NCBI GenBank assembly: GCA_965231015.1 | Contig: OZ246408.1 | Coordinates: 147,755 to 211,754, forward strand | Source of the DNA: an uncultured Gammaproteobacteria bacterium | GTDB lineage: Bacteria > Patescibacteriota > Patescibacteriia > UBA9934 > CAZDDW01 | Length of the DNA: 64,000 bases | Reading direction: 5' to 3' | Shown: in pieces, positions 60,878 through 64,000 of the stretch | Numbering within the stretch: position 1 is the stretch's first letter | Layout of the letters: each line of letters begins with the position of its first letter | Notes under the pieces: model-generated | Told to the model about the DNA's origin: nothing | Database searches by the model: none | The model's input: only the letters and a program-made list of their open reading frames with translations | Made by a program: the position numbers and the translations under genes

Positions 60878-62584
60878 ATGTATTCCATTTCCAAAGCCAA
60901 ACAACAGGTTTTAAAGGAGCTGAAAGTTGCTCTTGGAAAAACTCACGTACCAAGCGTGGATGAGTTGGAGCGACCGCCAGAGTCCGCCATGGGAGACTTG
61001 GCGTATCCTTGTTTTGCTTTGGCTAAAGGAATGAAACGAAATCCAAACGAGATCGCGACCGAGCTGGCGGCAAAAATCGGACCGAAGAATTTCATTAATA
61101 AGGTTGAAGCCAAAGGCCCGTATGTAAATTTTACTATGGATACAGCCAGTTTTGGCGACGCAGTACTAAAAGAGATAACAGTAGCTAAAGAAAAATACGG
61201 TCAGGCCACCTCTGGATCAAAAAAGAAAATTTTGGTCGAATACGCTGCACCAAACACCTTAAAAGAAATCCATGTCGGACATTTGCGGAATTTTGTACTT
61301 GGAAATGCTTATATTAAAATTCTGCGTGCCGCCGGCTATGAAGTGATCGCAGCATCATACATTAATGACCTTGGTTCTCACATTGCTAAAACTCTTTGGG
61401 CTATTAAAAAGTTTCATGCGGATGAGAAGCCGGAATCTCAGGATCGTCAAGAATTTTTAAACCAAGCTTATATTAAGGCAAACCAGTCTGAAGAAAAAGA
61501 TGAGAAGGTAAAAGGCGAGATCAGCGAGGTATACCGTGATCTTGAGTCGGGCAGTCGAAAGTGGCAGGCGCTATGGAAAAAGACACGTAAGTGGTCGCTT
61601 GATTATATTTTTAGTATTTTTAAAGAGTTGGGACTGGTTAAGGATGTTCAGTATTACGAGTCTGATCTCACAAAGCGGACTCATAAGATTGTCAATGAGC
61701 TTGTTAAAAAAGGAATCGCCAAAGAAAGTGAAGGTGCGATTATTGTTGATTTGGAAGAAGAAGGGCTGGGAGTCAATCTGCTCAAACGTAGTGACGGAAC
61801 TCTGCTTTATAACGCGAAGGATCTGGCTTTAGCAGAGCGCAAAGAAGATGATTATGCTCCTGATCGTTCGGTTTATGTGGTTGACGCTCGGCAGTCATTG
61901 GCTATGGATCAACTGTTTGCCACTTTGAAGCGCATGGGTTTTACCAAAAATTTACAGCATCTATCTTATGAGTTTGTAACGCTAAAAGAAGGAGCCATGG
62001 CTTCTCGAAAGGGCAACGTGATAAAGTACGAAGCTTTTCGAAATAAAATGATTGAGTTAGCAAAAGATGAAACAGTCAAAAGGCATCAAGACTGGGATGA
62101 AAAAAAGCTCAATAAAACCGCCGCATCAATTGCGTATGCTGCTATGAAGTTTCCCATGTTAAAACAGGATTTAGATAAAACAATTATTTTTGATATGGAG
62201 GAAGCGGTTAGTTTTGATGGATTTTCCGGGCCGTATATCCTATACACTATTTCTCGGGCTAACAGTATTCTAAAAAAGACCAAGTTGAAAGCTAAGGTCA
62301 AAGGTTCTGTCTACACAGACCCGGTCGAACACGAGTTGCTTGTTAAACTGGCTGAGTATCCAGAAATAATTTTAGGGATAGCCTCTAATAATCGTGTTTC
62401 CAGCCTACCTCATTTCTTATTTGAACTGGCTCAGACTTTTGCCGAATTTTATGAAAAAGTTCCAGTTCTTCAGGCTGAAGATGAAGAGGATGTCAAAGCT
62501 CGCCTGGCTTTGGTTGGTAGCCTAAAGCAGGTTTTGGAAAACGGATTGGCTTTGCTTGGAATTGATTCAGTTGAAGAGATGTAA
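60878..62584 (+). CDS. argS: Arginine--tRNA ligase
   Basis: VEYAAPN...HVGHLRN, SDGTLLY, MASRKG, GPYILY. Confidence 0.96.
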   Translation: MYSISKAKQQVLKELKVALGKTHVPSVDELERPPESAMGDLAYPCFALAKGMKRNPNEIATELAAKIGPKNFINKVEAKGPYVNFTMDTASFGDAVLKEITVAKEKYGQATSGSKKKILVEYAAPNTLKEIHVGHLRNFVLGNAYIKILRAAGYEVIAASYINDLGSHIAKTLWAIKKFHADEKPESQDRQEFLNQAYIKANQSEEKDEKVKGEISEVYRDLESGSRKWQALWKKTRKWSLDYIFSIFKELGLVKDVQYYESDLTKRTHKIVNELVKKGIAKESEGAIIVDLEEEGLGVNLLKRSDGTLLYNAKDLALAERKEDDYAPDRSVYVVDARQSLAMDQLFATLKRMGFTKNLQHLSYEFVTLKEGAMASRKGNVIKYEAFRNKMIELAKDETVKRHQDWDEKKLNKTAASIAYAAMKFPMLKQDLDKTIIFDMEEAVSFDGFSGPYILYTISRANSILKKTKLKAKVKGSVYTDPVEHELLVKLAEYPEIILGIASNNRVSSLPHFLFELAQTFAEFYEKVPVLQAEDEEDVKARLALVGSLKQVLENGLALLGIDSVEEM

Positions 62585-62673
62585 TAAAAATTGTGTTCAA
62601 GCGTCGTTGACGAGACACGGTGTCGTGATAAAATGATCACGATATTTTTAAACCAATATATAACACGTTAAAT

Positions 62674-63057
62674 ATGGCAACACAAAGTTCACAACAGACC
62701 ATCATTGCTGAGGGTGTGAAGGTGGAAGGAGACTTCACAAGTCAAGGTTCTGTGGTCATTGAGGGGGAGGTTACCGGTTCAGTTAACACCAACGAGTTTC
62801 TACAAGTTGGAGAAAGTGCCCGGATTCACGCTGACGTCACAGCCGCTGATGCGGCCATTGCTGGTGAAATCAAAGGAAACATTCATGTTGGTGGAAGACT
62901 TGATTTAGCCGAGTCCTCCAAGGTTCATGGTGACGTTGAGGCCGAGGTTTTAACCGTCGCTGCCGGAGCGAAAATGAACGGAAAGGTGAGCATGGGTGGC
63001 GGTGCTACCAAGAAGGCTAAAAAAGAATCTTCGGCAACATCTGAAGAAAAAGAATAA
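62674..63057 (+). CDS. Bactofilin (polymer-forming cytoskeletal protein)
   Basis: TIIAEGVKVEGDF...VIEGEVTG beta-helix repeats. Confidence 0.9.
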   Translation: MATQSSQQTIIAEGVKVEGDFTSQGSVVIEGEVTGSVNTNEFLQVGESARIHADVTAADAAIAGEIKGNIHVGGRLDLAESSKVHGDVEAEVLTVAAGAKMNGKVSMGGGATKKAKKESSATSEEKE

Positions 63058-63066
63058 TCCGCTCTG

Positions 63067-63819
63067 ATGTATTATTACGTTTACGACGATTTTGTACAGG
63101 ATAAAAAACACGAGCGGGATTTATCGAGAATCGAGAACCGGTTGGCTGATTTGGGTATTGCTGGAAAGATTGCCCGGCTGGCACTTTTTAAACACGCGGA
63201 TGAGTTGATTATTGATGAGGTGCGTCGAGGGGTGAAAACAGTTATCGCGGTTGGGGATGATAGTACAATTTATAAAGTTTTTCCGGCTGTGGCTGAAAGT
63301 GGGGCCACCCTTGGGGTAATTCCTTTTGGCAAGCAAAATAGTTTGGCTAAGATTTTCGGTGTTCCAGAGGGGGTAGAGGCTTGTGATGTGATCGCCAATC
63401 GTATTACCGAAAAGCTTGACATCGGTCTTGTAAATGGAGAGCGGTTTTTAACCGGGGTAAAGTTTACAGGTGTGAAACCAGAAATTGTTTGTGATAAATC
63501 TTTTATTGTTACCCCAACGGAACCAACTGAGGTGGAGGTAAGAAATTTGATCGCTGGAGATGATGTTGTTTTAGATGATATTGCAGACCCTAAGGACGGT
63601 AAATTAGATCTCGTAGTAATGAATAAAAATAGAGGTGGTCTCTTTCGAAGAAAGAAAACAGCACCGGCAACCATTTTACCGATTAAGCGATTTGCTTTTG
63701 ATGGGAAGCGTGACGCTGTAGCAGAAGTTGATGGGCGAAAAGTTCGTGATGCCCGTTTTAGAATTCGTTTAGATGCCAAGAAAATCAAAGTGATTGTTGG
63801 AAAGGACAGGATGTTTTAG
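63067..63819 (+). CDS. Diacylglycerol kinase-family protein
   Basis: IAVGDDSTI, LGVIP.G..N.LA, DGKLD, VDG. Confidence 0.8.
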   Translation: MYYYVYDDFVQDKKHERDLSRIENRLADLGIAGKIARLALFKHADELIIDEVRRGVKTVIAVGDDSTIYKVFPAVAESGATLGVIPFGKQNSLAKIFGVPEGVEACDVIANRITEKLDIGLVNGERFLTGVKFTGVKPEIVCDKSFIVTPTEPTEVEVRNLIAGDDVVLDDIADPKDGKLDLVVMNKNRGGLFRRKKTAPATILPIKRFAFDGKRDAVAEVDGRKVRDARFRIRLDAKKIKVIVGKDRMF

Positions 63820-63871
63820 GTCTTGGTCTTGACAGGCGGTCTTTTTTTGTTTAAAATTCGGACACAATTTT

Positions 63872-63957
63872 GCGGTCGTGGTGGAATGGTAGACACGCTA
63901 GCTTGAGGGGCTAGTGGGCGCAAGCCTGTGAGAGTTCGAGTCTCTCCGACCGCACCA
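63872..63957 (+). tRNA. tRNA-Leu(GAG)
   Basis: CTAGC-TT-GAG-GG-GCTAG, long variable arm, encoded CCA. Confidence 0.95.
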
Positions 63958-64000
63958 AAGAACCGTCAGTTTTGTCTGGTGGTTTTTTGTTTTGTTTAAT

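Overview
A 64-kb chromosomal window, most likely from a Patescibacteria/CPR bacterium (inferred from gene content: DUF4012-type membrane protein, pilin-like protein, FemAB-like transferase, TrmB, CPR-type DHH protein). Most of it is housekeeping: ileS, glmS, ruvA, a GT4/sugar-transferase cluster, rnpB, U32 protein, trpS, rnj, secG, uvrA, rplS, gmk, RluD-like synthase, valS, mscS, tyrS, argS, bactofilin and four tRNAs, one of them an unusual tRNA-Ile with a UAU anticodon. Two accessory regions stand out. (1) 45.4-48.4 kb holds a complete diversity-generating retroelement. Its target gene has a 135-nt variable repeat that differs from the template repeat at 27 positions, all template adenines. 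It also has post-VR hairpins, an antisense avd-like gene and an RT broken by a +1 frameshift at a G10 tract, and the cassette is bracketed by a duplicated 28-bp promoter-containing repeat. (2) 7.4-17.4 kb is a mosaic island of GC-rich orphan genes interleaved with long, ORF-poor, hairpin-rich stretches. It contains two paralogous promoter/attenuator-like leaders, three copies of a conserved hairpin, a ~950-nt candidate large ncRNA with an embedded tRNA-like domain, and a 116-bp exact direct repeat flanking a lipoprotein-like gene. All alignments and folds were done by eye; no database searches were run.
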